A stretch of 62,665 nt of DNA, filler included. It is 6 parts of 6 records of this genome, joined end to end, with 100 filler letters (N's around TTAATTAATTAA, not from the genome) between each part and the next. Parts side by side here need not be neighbours in the genome. Positions count along the whole stretch, not along the records: positions 25,264 to 43,476 come from SRR31147125_34614; positions 43,577 to 50,017 come from SRR31147125_34630; positions 50,118 to 62,665 come from SRR31147125_34670; 3 more parts are not named here. One strand, 5' to 3'. Both the position numbers and the translations under genes were made by a program. This document shows positions 40,230-50,794 of the stretch, one piece after another. The notes under the pieces are model-generated. The model searched no databases. It saw only the letters and a program-made list of their open reading frames with translations, and was not told where the DNA came from. Position 1 is the first letter of the stretch, and each line of letters opens with the position of its first letter.

Positions 40230-43200
40230 TTATTCTGATATTTTCATTTTCAAGAAAATCCTGCCCGCAACTGTAATGCGATCGGGAGCAATTCTTACTC
40301 TATTGCCTTGAGTCAAACCCTCCTGTAATAAGGCAAGGTCTTCAACATAATCAACACCTTCTACCCTTTCCACAACCGCGGCTACATCAGAGAGAAACAC
40401 ATCTCTTCCCGGTTCCCAACCCAAACCTTCTGCACCCCCGCGCAAGGGATGGAGAAAGTTCTGAATCGCTTGCCGGACACAATTTTCTACGACGCCCGAT
40501 TCTGACACATTTATCGGCGCAACGATTAAAGAGACACCCACTGGCTCATAATTCGGTCCGGTAACATGGATATGACCTCGTTCTGCCAGATCAGCGGATG
40601 CACGCTTTTCTATATATTCATGTACATACCTGCGCAGACCAGCGGTAGGCCAGGGCCGGGGTTCATCGCTTTTTGGAATGATGATTAATGTTATCCATCC
40701 AGGTACGATACGCCCTTGAGCATCTCGCAAAGGTAAAGCACGCGCTACCGCAACAGCAGGATTGGCTTCGAATGCCATTGTTTCGAAATCATTGCTGGTC
40801 AGAGCTCTGTCTCGATATCGCAGTGCTCTGGGGCCGCGCTCCGTGAAAACAGTGATGTTTTCAGTATCTGCACCGCCCTCAGCTGGTAAGGGATTGAAAA
40901 CTCCTTGAACCGCTGCGGCTCCGGATAATAACTGGGTTATCTCATTTGCCTTTACATTTCCAACAGAACCACCACCACTCCTATATTTACGAGCGATTAT
41001 TTCTGAACCAACCGGTGGAATCTTTCCCTGCTCTCCGTCACCAAAAATAATACGACCTTTTGCTCTGTCAATCATATAATGACGATCGTTGGAACCTGAA
41101 AAGAACAGGTGTTTTCTTTGTTGCCATCTTACCCAAGCTCCTATAACTCTTCTATTCTCATCCCGCAGTAAACGCAACTCGCCATATTCAGTTAAGAGTG
41201 GTGAAGCCGACTTGTTTAATAATTTTTCCAATTCCTCCATAGATTTGGTATCGCCCTTGAACAACTCACGGGCTAAAATTCGCCATTCCACATGTGCTCT
41301 GACACCTTCCAACTCTCGTACTTCTATCCACTCATCGGCCAAAACCGGCTTGTATCGAGTTACAAAAACCTGATCAGGTTGTCCATTGCTCTGACCCAGT
41401 CTTTCATCGGTCATTGTTTGAACTTGCTGAACCCGGACGGCATTATGATAAAGGTTAATAACATTGCAAACGGCTGGTAATTGGTCTTCTTTTAATCTCC
41501 CGCGGATCCAGTAGCGTTCGACTGCAAATCTTGATAATGGGCCAGCATCAGAAGGAGCAATAAAAGACACCATCCCGGGAAGTGCCAAATTCCCAGTTTC
41601 GTCCTCCTCAACCAATAAAGATCGCCACGCAGAGCCATCATAATATTCCCAAACCATCGCTGGTCCTTCGACCTGATCGTTTTTCTCTTCAATATTGAAA
41701 AACAAGTTGAAGTAATCATTCGGTAGTTTTTTATCAAAACCGAAATAGACAGTTGGCGTCACATCTGCCGGAGGACGGAAAGGTTGAAAGGTTTTTCCAG
41801 GCCATTGAGCATTGTAGGTTCGGTCTTCGTATTGAAAATCGTTATATGTTAAAACATGTTCGGCGTGGAAAGGGCCATATTGCCAGGTGTAGCCTAGACA
41901 TAATTCAGACCAAGCAGGAGGTTGTTGTAACACAGATTTAAATTCATTAGTAATCTCGACAGGAGGGGGATTAGGATTAACGATCCTAAATTGTACGGTT
42001 TTTATAAAACCAAAACCGCCGCTCAACAACCTTATCCTTATCCAAAACCTTCTTCATTATTGACTTTTACTCGTGCTATATCTGGAGGAACTACAAAATT
42101 GATTATCGAAAGTCCACTTCTGATAGAGTCTATTGTTGAGAAATCAGATTTCTCCAAAGAAAGCAGGTGCCAATGATTACCATTCCAGTATTCCCAAACC
42201 AACTCGGATTCAATTGGATCTATAGTGACATCCTCAAAATTTATTAAGCTATCCTGAGGAGATTTTGCTTTTATTATTACTAGTCGAATTGAAGCACCTG
42301 GTTTACTAAAAGCTTCTTCACTACCTAGGTAAAAGATATCTCCTGGTGTAGGTTGAATACCGAAAGGAAAAAATGTTTTATTTAAATCCAACTTTGTAGT
42401 ATTAAAATATGCTTTAACGCCTTCAATACCGCAATAAACATTTATTAATACATTAAAATCTTGTTCAATGGGTAATTGGGCAGGTGCATAAGAATTTACA
42501 GTTAACTCTTGCGACTCTCCAGTAAATCCTAAAAGTATAACCTCTACCTTATATTTACCATCTCCATATCCCTGTATTGCAAATTCATATTTCCCCTGAT
42601 TGTCTGTTTCCATCTCATCCACTAATATGAATTCACCCTTTGTAACATCATATTTATAAAGTAAAACCTGAACTCCAATGAGAGGAACTTCATATTCATT
42701 TCGAATAAAACCATAGATCGGTCCAGTGCCTTGTGCTGGTTTTGGTTCTTTTGCTTTTAAAAACAACTTTAAATCATAAGGTCTATTTATTATGCTACTC
42801 AATCGAATAGCATCCACCTCCGGCAATATTTTCCCAGGATCTGGTGGCATTGGCTCTGTTAAACGCCCACGAATCCAGAATGCATCAATACCATTGACTG
42901 TTTTCTTTTTGGTTTCGGCACAGTCTGTCTCCAAGTAATATTTACCACTTTTAGTCAACCCTCCAGTAGCATCCAGTTTTTTAACATCTTCACCGCAAGC
43001 AGGATTCATGTCTTTGAAACCACGCCAGATCTTGCCATCCCAATATTCCCACAGGATATCCAAATGTTCGCTGCTGAGCTGAGTTAAATCAAACTCTACA
43101 ATTATCCTCGCTTTGCCAGCAAAAGCAAGAAGTGTATCGTGCGCAATATAAATAGCATGTGGTATATTTTTTGGTTCTTTGAATAGTTGAAATGGTTTAC

Positions 43201-43476
43201 CAGATAAATGTTCAGCCGAATGATCGACGTATTGGTCACGCCCTGGCCATAGACTAACTACCTCTACTAAATTTGCAGCAGCGATGCCGGTTGTCGACTC
43301 GATTTCAAAGACAATCTGATCCGTTCCTTCTGGTGGTGGCGGGGCTGCAACCCGTGTGCCTGCAGGAATGCGTGTATCGGCAGCTCCATTGGTGAGCTGA
43401 AAGACAACAGGGGCTCTGGCTGCCTGGGCTGGAACAAGATCGATACCCATTGTGTCAAGAAAAGCCAAAAGATTTT
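40230..43476 (-). CDS. Large Baseplate J-family protein, 5' truncated, frameshift near 42045
   Basis: ORFs 42038-43468 and 40230-42029 join with one added T (EEGFWIRIRLLSGG). WEYW, SNGQPDQ, FGDGEQGKIPP, GGADTE, RALTSNDFE and FLHPLRGG..GWEPGR motifs. Confidence 0.88.
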
Positions 43477-43576
43477 NNNNNNNNNNNNNNNNNNNNNNNN
43501 NNNNNNNNNNNNNNNNNNNNTTAATTAATTAANNNNNNNNNNNNNNNNNNNNNNNNNNNNNNNNNNNNNNNNNNNN
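43477..43576. other. Synthetic contig linker
   Basis: N44-TTAATTAATTAA-N44. Confidence 0.98.
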
Positions 43577-43727
43577 AAAAAGCATTCACATTAGTAGAAA
43601 TATTCGATTCAGGAAGAGAAAAAGTATGCGGCACTTGGTGTAATCTAGCAATCAGCTATTTATTGCACAGCGCTATAGTTTCGACACCAGCGACTGCTCT
43701 CTCCAACCGTCAATTGTTACCAGCTGC

Positions 43728-44171
43728 TTATTGTTTACCGGTAAGCGGAAGGATAGTATTGCACCATTCGTCCGGCATAGGCTGCGGCCGCCCGCTATCC
43801 ATGGAAATATATCCCGCCTTGACGACAAGTTTGCTGATTAACTGCTCTTTTCGATACATTTCCTGGTTAAAAACAATAGTGACTTTGGCACATTTGGTTA
43901 TTGTTGTATGAACAACAAGATAATCATCCAGAAAAGCCGGCTGCACATAGTCGACGGTAATTGAACGTACGACAAACACCGAGTTGCTGGACTGCATCAC
44001 ATCCCGCTGGTTCCCTCCGAGATATCTGAGCAGTTCTGTACGCGCGTGTTCCGCGAAATCAAGATAACGGCTATGATAAACAACCCCGCCTGCATCGGTA
44101 TCGCTGAAATAGACCCGGACAGGGTAGAGAAATGTCTGGTTCTGCATTATTCCGGTCAGTGGCAAATTCAT
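43728..44171 (-). CDS. ybgC: YbgC/FadM family acyl-CoA thioesterase
   Basis: VRVYFSDTDAGGVVYHSRYLDFAEHARTE. Confidence 0.88.
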   Translation of the reverse strand: MNLPLTGIMQNQTFLYPVRVYFSDTDAGGVVYHSRYLDFAEHARTELLRYLGGNQRDVMQSSNSVFVVRSITVDYVQPAFLDDYLVVHTTITKCAKVTIVFNQEMYRKEQLISKLVVKAGYISMDSGRPQPMPDEWCNTILPLTGKQ

Positions 44172-44202
44172 GCCATTATACTAGTGGAGCAGGACACAAA
44201 AC

Positions 44203-46028
44203 TCAATAGGTAAAGCTGCTTTCCAGTAGTTCCTCGGCGATTGTTGTCTCCATTTTCACCAGCTCATTAAACATGAAATCCAGGTTTAATATTGCCTGCA
44301 TGGAATGATTCTCATCGAACAACGGTTGGGCGCTGGTGATGATCAACCGATCTGTGTAGTTGGAAAAATAGAGATCAGAGGTAAACGGTTCCTGTTTTTC
44401 CACTACATGCTTGAACCAGCGTCTCTCTGTAAAGTTTTTATTCTTTATATTGCGGAAATAGAGTCCCTCACCATGCTGTGTATGCACCTGACTTACCCGC
44501 TCTCCCTTCAGGTTGGTTACAGCCGCAAACTGGATTGATGGCTCGCGTTTCAGCAATTCTTTCAAGGCTTTCTGCACCTTTTCAGAATCCAGTCGTTCCA
44601 GCTCGAGTTTGCTTGATATCCTCAAAGCAATCTTCTTGGCGAAATAGTTGGCATTCTTCAGCGCGGCTGAGAAGTCGGATTCAAACAGCCTCGGGATATA
44701 GTGTTTTGCCTGAGCAATCAGCTCTTCGGCCGAGATGCTTGTGATCCTGCCCTGCTGATACTGTTCCATAACCCAAGTATAAATCTGTTTCACCCCTGGA
44801 TGTCTCTTGCCAACCGGTTCCGTCTCTCCGTGCATAACCGACTCGATGTTGTCATTGAGCCAGCGGGCTATTCCCGCCATACCTGATTTGTCGGTTACCA
44901 TAACACGCAGAGGTCGATTCAGAATTTCACCTGTATCGAATATATTGTAGATCTCTTCATTCTTGAGCAGACCATCGGCATGGATTCCGGCTCGCGTTGT
45001 ATTGAAGTCATCCCCTACAAACGGGTAATTTCCCGGTACCGGCGCTTTTATTTCCTGCTTATAGTAATCGGCGATTTCATTGATGACTTTCAAATCCATC
45101 CCGTTCGTCGATCCCGTCAAACCCGCATACTCTATAACGGCACCCTCAAGAGGTGGATTCCCCGTCCGTTCACCAAAACCCAGCAAACTCGCGTTCAGGA
45201 GGAAACTCCATACAGCCATGCTGTTGTCGCGTTGGTGTGTACTTTGTGAAAATCGTTGTGTCCATGCCATTCAAGATATTTAGATGGATATCCGACTTCA
45301 TTGCGCATGACGTGGATCATCTTGGGTATTGATCTTGGCAGCACCGTTCCCGGATATGATAATCCAAAGCCCATCGTATCGCACAAACGTATTTTAACCG
45401 GTATTCCCGATTCCTCAGACAGTCTAAGCAGCTGCTGAGAAAACGGTAGGACAAATCCATAAAAATCGGCTCGGGTTACATCCTCAAAATGACAGCGCGG
45501 TATAATATTCTGGTTCAATGCTTCTTTCACAACCGTCAAATATTTTTCCAGGATAACAGCACGTGACGAGCGCATCTTCAGATAGATGTGGTAATCGGAT
45601 ACCGATGTAAGAATTCCTGTCTCCTTCAGACCGAAATTTTTCACAAGGGTAAAATCATCAGGATTGGCGCGAATCCACCCGGTAATTTCAGGAAAGCGAT
45701 GGTTCTGTTCCAGACATTTCTCAATTGCCTTTTTATCTCTCTGCGAATAGAGGAAAAACTCTGTCTGACGAATAACTCCGTTTGGTCCGCCAAGTTTGTG
45801 CATAAAATGATAGAGTTGACTTATCTGATTGACTGAATAAGGCGGCCGTGCCTGCTGACCATCTCGAAAGGTCGTATCGGTAATCCAGATATCATCCGGA
45901 AAATCCATAGCTACCTGGCATCCGTCAAATATAATTTTTGGTACTTCATTGTAAGGAAACTGCTCCCGGTAGAGCTCGGGCTTTTTCCTGTCAGAAACTA
46001 TTAAATATTTTTTATTTTCTTTCAACAT
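44203..46028 (-). CDS. Re-citrate synthase-like DRE-TIM enzyme with C-terminal Cache-like domain, frameshift near 45198
   Basis: ITDTTFRDGQQ, SDYHI, CHFEDVTRAD, EWHGHNDF, GFGERTGN and TRAGIHADG motifs. One added C joins the ORFs (YGVSSLNASLL). AGGAGG RBS precedes 46028. Confidence 0.8.
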
Positions 46029-46304
46029 TCCCAACCTCCTATTTAATGCACGTAAAATCGACATATTTATACGATATTTGCCGTTTTTGTGTCCATCATA
46101 CTAACTCATGAGACGACTAATGTAAATACAGCTTCCTGTTGATTTTTTCAATATATGTGAATACATGGTTAAACCTCATATAAAACCTTGTGAATCATGG
46201 CTTGGGATGGTATTATTATTCAGTGGGCTGGTCTTCGTAATGAGAGGTCTTATGAATGACTCAGTCTTTAGATAAAGGATGCGATGAAAAATAAGGAGGC
46301 CATT

Positions 46305-46886
46305 ATGAAACGCGTTGCCGGATTATGCTTAATTGCAATACTGGTATTTCTGGTAGGATTGACGGGATGTGTATCCACCGATCAGATAAACTCTCTTGAA
46401 AATGAGGTTTCAACTCTGCAGGGTGAACTCAACCAGGTTACCGAAAAAAACAGTGAGCTTGAAGCTATGCTGAATGCCTATATCACCGAAGGTGAGTTGG
46501 GAACAGCATTAAGCAAATATGTAACAAAAGCCGACCTGGCAGATACCCAGCTGGTTCGTGACAACCTGATAAACGCACTCTCAGAGGAACTGCAGCAGTC
46601 CAAAGCAGCAATCGAATCGATGCTCGGCTCCATCACCGGAGAACTCGAAACAGCAGCCAAAAAGGCTGATGTTGATGCGATAACAGCTGAAATCGAAACC
46701 CTGGAATCAGAATTTGATCAGGTATCATTCATTCTGATAGAGATGATGACCTATGGCGGCTACAGCAGTTCATCGGAAATTCTCAACTTCGTCTACGGTC
46801 TGGTTGATATTTATGAAACACTGGACCAGGTGGAATTGAAACTGAACAGGCTGAAAGAAGCTATGCTGCTGTTTGTCCAGGATTAA
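46305..46886 (+). CDS. Coiled-coil lipoprotein, unknown function
   Basis: AAGGAGG RBS, lipobox LTGC, heptad-rich acidic sequence. Confidence 0.7.
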   Translation: MKRVAGLCLIAILVFLVGLTGCVSTDQINSLENEVSTLQGELNQVTEKNSELEAMLNAYITEGELGTALSKYVTKADLADTQLVRDNLINALSEELQQSKAAIESMLGSITGELETAAKKADVDAITAEIETLESEFDQVSFILIEMMTYGGYSSSSEILNFVYGLVDIYETLDQVELKLNRLKEAMLLFVQD

Positions 46887-46895
46887 AATCCGGGT

Positions 46896-47558
46896 TTAAA
46901 CCAGGTATTTCATAAAACCGATAAAGAAGAACAAGCTGCCAGCTATCACAAACAGATGCCAGATTACATGGCTGAGAGGGATTTTTCGATACAGATAGAA
47001 GAAAATTCCCAATGTGTAGGCGGCAGCACCCAATCCCATCCAGAAAAATCCGACAGGCATTGCGGCAATGAGCGGCTTTAAGGCTATGACAATCAACCAG
47101 CCCATCGGCAGATAGAAAATATCCGACACTACATGCCTTCCGGTAAAGAAAAAACTTTTCATGATAATCCCGGCCAGGGCCAGTCCCCAGATCAATCCGA
47201 AAACTGTCCATCCCCAAGTCCCCTTCAACGCGAGTAAGGCTACCGGGGTGTATGTACCGGCAATCAGGAGATATATTGCAGACTGATCAAGAATATGCAG
47301 CGGTTTATGCACTTTCGGCATATCGGTAAACTGGTGCATCAATGTAGATGACATATAGAGCAGTATTTGAAATGCTCCATACAGCGCAAACGATATATAG
47401 CTGAGTACACTACCGTTATTCTGGTGTACCTGCAACAGGATAAAAACCATACCGGCAATACTCATACCGGCACCAATGGCATGAGTCACGGCATTCAATC
47501 TTTCTTCTATTGAATGGGGTTTCCCTATGCTCCCCAAGGTCATTGTTTTCGTATTCAT
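46896..47558 (-). CDS. Hemolysin III / PAQR family membrane protein
   Basis: EERLNAVTH, STLMH, LDQSAIYLLIAGTYTP and HVIWHLFV motifs. Confidence 0.92.
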   Translation of the reverse strand: MNTKTMTLGSIGKPHSIEERLNAVTHAIGAGMSIAGMVFILLQVHQNNGSVLSYISFALYGAFQILLYMSSTLMHQFTDMPKVHKPLHILDQSAIYLLIAGTYTPVALLALKGTWGWTVFGLIWGLALAGIIMKSFFFTGRHVVSDIFYLPMGWLIVIALKPLIAAMPVGFFWMGLGAAAYTLGIFFYLYRKIPLSHVIWHLFVIAGSLFFFIGFMKYLV

Positions 47559-47854
47559 ACCAAAACATTAGTTATTTACAGCCATTTCATCAATCCCCAA
47601 TAGTAATCATTAGCATGGTGAATCATAACTAGTCCCTGTCAAATCAGTTTTTTCAGAGTTTTTCATAGTTTTTTCATAGAGAAATGCTCTGTTGAAATTA
47701 TCTACTGGTATGATACAATCAAACGACTTTTCACAGAGAGTTTGCAAGCAGTTGAAGATTTAACAGCTTGCTGATATACAGCAGTTTTGGATACCAGGAT
47801 TTATTGCTGAAAACTACGACAGGATTACCGGATTATCGTGACCGGCATACACAT

Positions 47855-49018
47855 ATGAAGAGAAGAACCATAGATTTCCACAGACCAAGCTTGAGTGGTG
47901 AGGAGCTTATCAATATAAAAGCCCTGCTCACCGCCGGCAATCTGCACGCCGACACATCGTATACCAACACATGTCGAAATCTGCTTGAATCTCGTTTTTC
48001 TGGTAAAAAATGCCTGCTGACAACCTCCGGGACTCATGCCCTGGAGATGGCAGCACTGCTGCTTGATATCGGTAGAGATGATGAGGTAATAATACCGGCC
48101 TTCACACACTACTCCACTGCCAATGCATTCCTCCTGAGAGAAGCGACTGTTGTTTGTGCCGATATAGATAGGACCTCCATGAATATGGAGTTGGATTCCG
48201 TTCTGCAGTGTGTAACTGAACATACAAAAGCTATCGTTGCCGTTCACTACGGCGGATATTCCTGCGATATGACTCCCCTTCTGCAATGCGCTGAAAAGTT
48301 GGAAATACCAGTTATTGAAGATACTGCATTGGCTTTTGGATCTGCTTATAAAGGACGCCCGCTTGGTTCCATAGGGCAGATTGGATGTCTGAGCTTTCAC
48401 TCCGGAAAGAACCTGACATCGGGTGGAGAAGGCGGTGCCTTGATCATAGATCCTGAATATTTGCCGCAGGCTGAGGTACTGCTTGAGATGGGGACCGACA
48501 GAGCCGATTTCAGGAATGGTAAAGCATCGTCATATACCTGGAAGAATATTGGATCCTCATATGTGATGAATGAGCTATCAGCCGCTTTCCTGGCAGCTCA
48601 ATTAAAGACTGAAGAACAACTGAGAAACAGAAGACTTGAACTCTGGAACCTCTACTACAGTACACTTGATCAATACCGAAACAGCGGCATAATCCAGCTG
48701 CCGGAGACACTTACATATAATGAGCATAACGGTCACATGTTCCACATTCTGACTGTATACCGGGATGAACTGAAAACGCATCTACAGCAGCACGGGATAG
48801 CATCAGCCGAACACTACCGGCCTCTTCCTCTGACACCTTTCGGACAAACATCAGAATTGGTGCGCACACCTTTTCCCGCTGAAAATGCCGAATATATCGG
48901 ATACTCAATTTTACGACTGCCGCTCTATCCTGACTTAACACCCGATGATGTTGCATATATCTGCAGTATTGTTGGTGAATTCATTGAAGCCAAAATGAGG
49001 GCTGTTGACAATGCGTAA
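47855..49018 (+). CDS. wecE: dTDP-4-amino-4,6-dideoxygalactose transaminase
   Basis: LLTTSGTHALEMAALL, STANAF, SFHSGKN..GGEGG and GSSYVMNEL motifs; likely start MKRRTIDF. Confidence 0.8.
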   Translation: MKRRTIDFHRPSLSGEELINIKALLTAGNLHADTSYTNTCRNLLESRFSGKKCLLTTSGTHALEMAALLLDIGRDDEVIIPAFTHYSTANAFLLREATVVCADIDRTSMNMELDSVLQCVTEHTKAIVAVHYGGYSCDMTPLLQCAEKLEIPVIEDTALAFGSAYKGRPLGSIGQIGCLSFHSGKNLTSGGEGGALIIDPEYLPQAEVLLEMGTDRADFRNGKASSYTWKNIGSSYVMNELSAAFLAAQLKTEEQLRNRRLELWNLYYSTLDQYRNSGIIQLPETLTYNEHNGHMFHILTVYRDELKTHLQQHGIASAEHYRPLPLTPFGQTSELVRTPFPAENAEYIGYSILRLPLYPDLTPDDVAYICSIVGEFIEAKMRAVDNA

Positions 49019-49747
49019 TCTTCTGGCGGTGGTTGTACCGGTTTTTAACGCTGAAAATACATTGGACCAGCTCTATAAAGAATTGATTGATGCAGCAGAA
49101 AAAATCACCGCAAACTTCCAGCTGATTTTTGTTGATGATGCAAGCAGCGATAATTCCTGGAACATAGTAACCAAAATCGCTTCAGCCGATAAGCGGGTGG
49201 CCGGGTTAGCCCTTACAGTTAATCGCGGTCAGCAAAATGCGATTTTATGCGGGTTACGCCATACTGACGCCGATTATGTCGTGACAATTGATGATGATCT
49301 GCAATATCCACCTCGCTACATTGAACACCTCTATGGGAAAATTCAGGAAGGGTTTGCTGTAGTATACGGCATACCGGAAATGCGCTCCGATTCATCAATT
49401 CGAAATTTCGGACTATGGCAACACGCCTGATACTGCAGTTAGTCTGCATGAAACCCAGGAAAATCGGGGTAAGCAGTTTCCGGATTCTTACCCGCGGAAT
49501 AACTGAACAAATCTGTAGTGATAACCGACGGGATATCTATATTTCGGCCACAACATTTCTGCATACCGACAACGCAGCCAACATCTCAATCGATCGGAAC
49601 GGTTCGGAAAACTCCCGTTATTCATTCGACCGTCTGCTACGCGTATTCGGCAATATAGCCCTCTACTACATACCTATTCTCTCACAGTTCCGTGCATCCG
49701 GACCTCAGTATGAGATTCGTGAAATCATCCCCAGGGAAAAGGACTGA
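49011..49747 (+). CDS. GT2 glycosyltransferase (DPM1/GtrB-like), frameshift near 49411
   Basis: VVPVFN, VDDASSD, NRGQQNA and IDDDLQYPP motifs. One added G joins the ORFs (RNFGTMATRL); SSFRI motif in the second part. Confidence 0.8.
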
Positions 49748-49749
49748 GT

Positions 49750-50017
49750 ATGCTGCTGCACTTGATTGGTGGAGGAAACAGCCAGCTGGCAACTGCCCGA
49801 CGTATAAAAGATCGGGGACATACCCTGCTGATTTCTGATTATAAAAAAGATGCGCCAGCAAAGCGATATGCCGACTTTACAACAGAAATAAGTACCTTCG
49901 ATCAAGAGGGTATTCTTAATATCTCCAGAGAGTATAAGGTTGATGGAATACTGACCACGGGTACCGATCAGCCTGTGCTGACCGCGGCGGTTACTGCTGC
50001 CGCACTGAATCTGCCCT
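49750..50017 (+). CDS. ATP-grasp-type protein, N-terminal fragment
   Basis: LIGGGNSQL..SDY..AD..ST.D..VDGILTTGTDQPV, typical of sugar-cluster ATP-grasp enzymes; truncated by the linker. Confidence 0.65.
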
Positions 50018-50117
50018 NNNNNNNNNNNNNNNNNNNNNNNNNNNNNNNNNNNNNNNNNNNNTTAATTAATTAANNNNNNNNNNNNNNNNNNNNNNNNNNN
50101 NNNNNNNNNNNNNNNNN
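50018..50117. other. Synthetic contig linker
   Basis: N44-TTAATTAATTAA-N44. Confidence 0.98.
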
Positions 50118-50597
50118 ACTATCCACGACTGTGCCGCAGCACATGCCACCGGCATTGTTTGCCACAATGCCGCCAATCATGGCAGAATTTATTGAGGCCG
50201 GATCAGGACCTATTTTTTTATCATAAGCAAGCAACGCCTTATTGGCCACAGCGCCGACAACTCCGGGCTCAAGACGGATTTTTTCACTGTTTTCGAGAAT
50301 TTCATAGTCCTTCCAGCCCTGATCTGTCATGATAAGCACGGACTCGGAGATTGTTTGCCCGGAGAGACTTGTCCCGCCTGCTCGAAACGTTACAGGTATC
50401 TCAAGTTCCGAACAACATTTCAGGACATGTTGAACTTCTGTTACATCATTAGCTCTTATGACCAGTTTCGGTAACAAGCGATAAAAACTGGCGTCTGTGC
50501 CAAAGGCAAGTAACCTTAAATCATCGTGAAAAAGACGGGATGTGTCAATCGAATCTAATAGTCTATTGTAAAGCTCTCTGTATTTTCCGTTCAGCAT
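50118..50597 (-). CDS. FAD-linked oxidase (Fe-S D-lactate dehydrogenase-like), 3' truncated
   Basis: GTDASFYRLLP, TFRAGGTSLSGQ and IGPDPAS..IGG..ANNAGGMCCG motifs. Confidence 0.85.
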
Positions 50598-50794
50598 GGA
50601 TCCTACCCTGATTGTATTTTAAAAGTCTTTGAACAAGTTATCTGACAACTCGACCTGATCCGGATCCGGACATGAGCGCTTCCACTTCAGCTCTGCTCAC
50701 ATTATTAATTGTTTCATTTCATTTTTCTTTCAACAACTGTTTCTTTTGCGTTAAGATCAAAAAAACATTAATAGTCAAAGATAACAGGAGTAGG

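Noticed and set aside
25589-43476. Intact prophage or T6SS
   Set aside because: No capsid, terminase, integrase or TssJLM/ClpV genes are visible, and the baseplate type fits eCIS better. The missing upstream part prevents a final call.
2650-49430. Split genes at about 2690, 8188, 23062, 26650, 31648, 34783, 42045, 45198 and 49411 as pseudogenes, phase variation or programmed frameshifts
   Set aside because: Nearly all are repaired by one base in a short homopolymer, and they occur in five unrelated contigs including housekeeping genes. This is the signature of homopolymer sequencing error. Raw reads would be needed to exclude real events.
7684-50117. Five TTAATTAATTAA palindromes in N-runs, and any cross-contig gene linkage (for example glycan cluster C supplying sugars to tail locus D)
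   Set aside because: These are artificial linkers. The contigs differ in gene style and composition, so adjacency across them carries no biological meaning.
50656-50672. TCCGGATCCGGA palindrome
   Set aside because: A single short intergenic palindrome with no second copy or supporting context.
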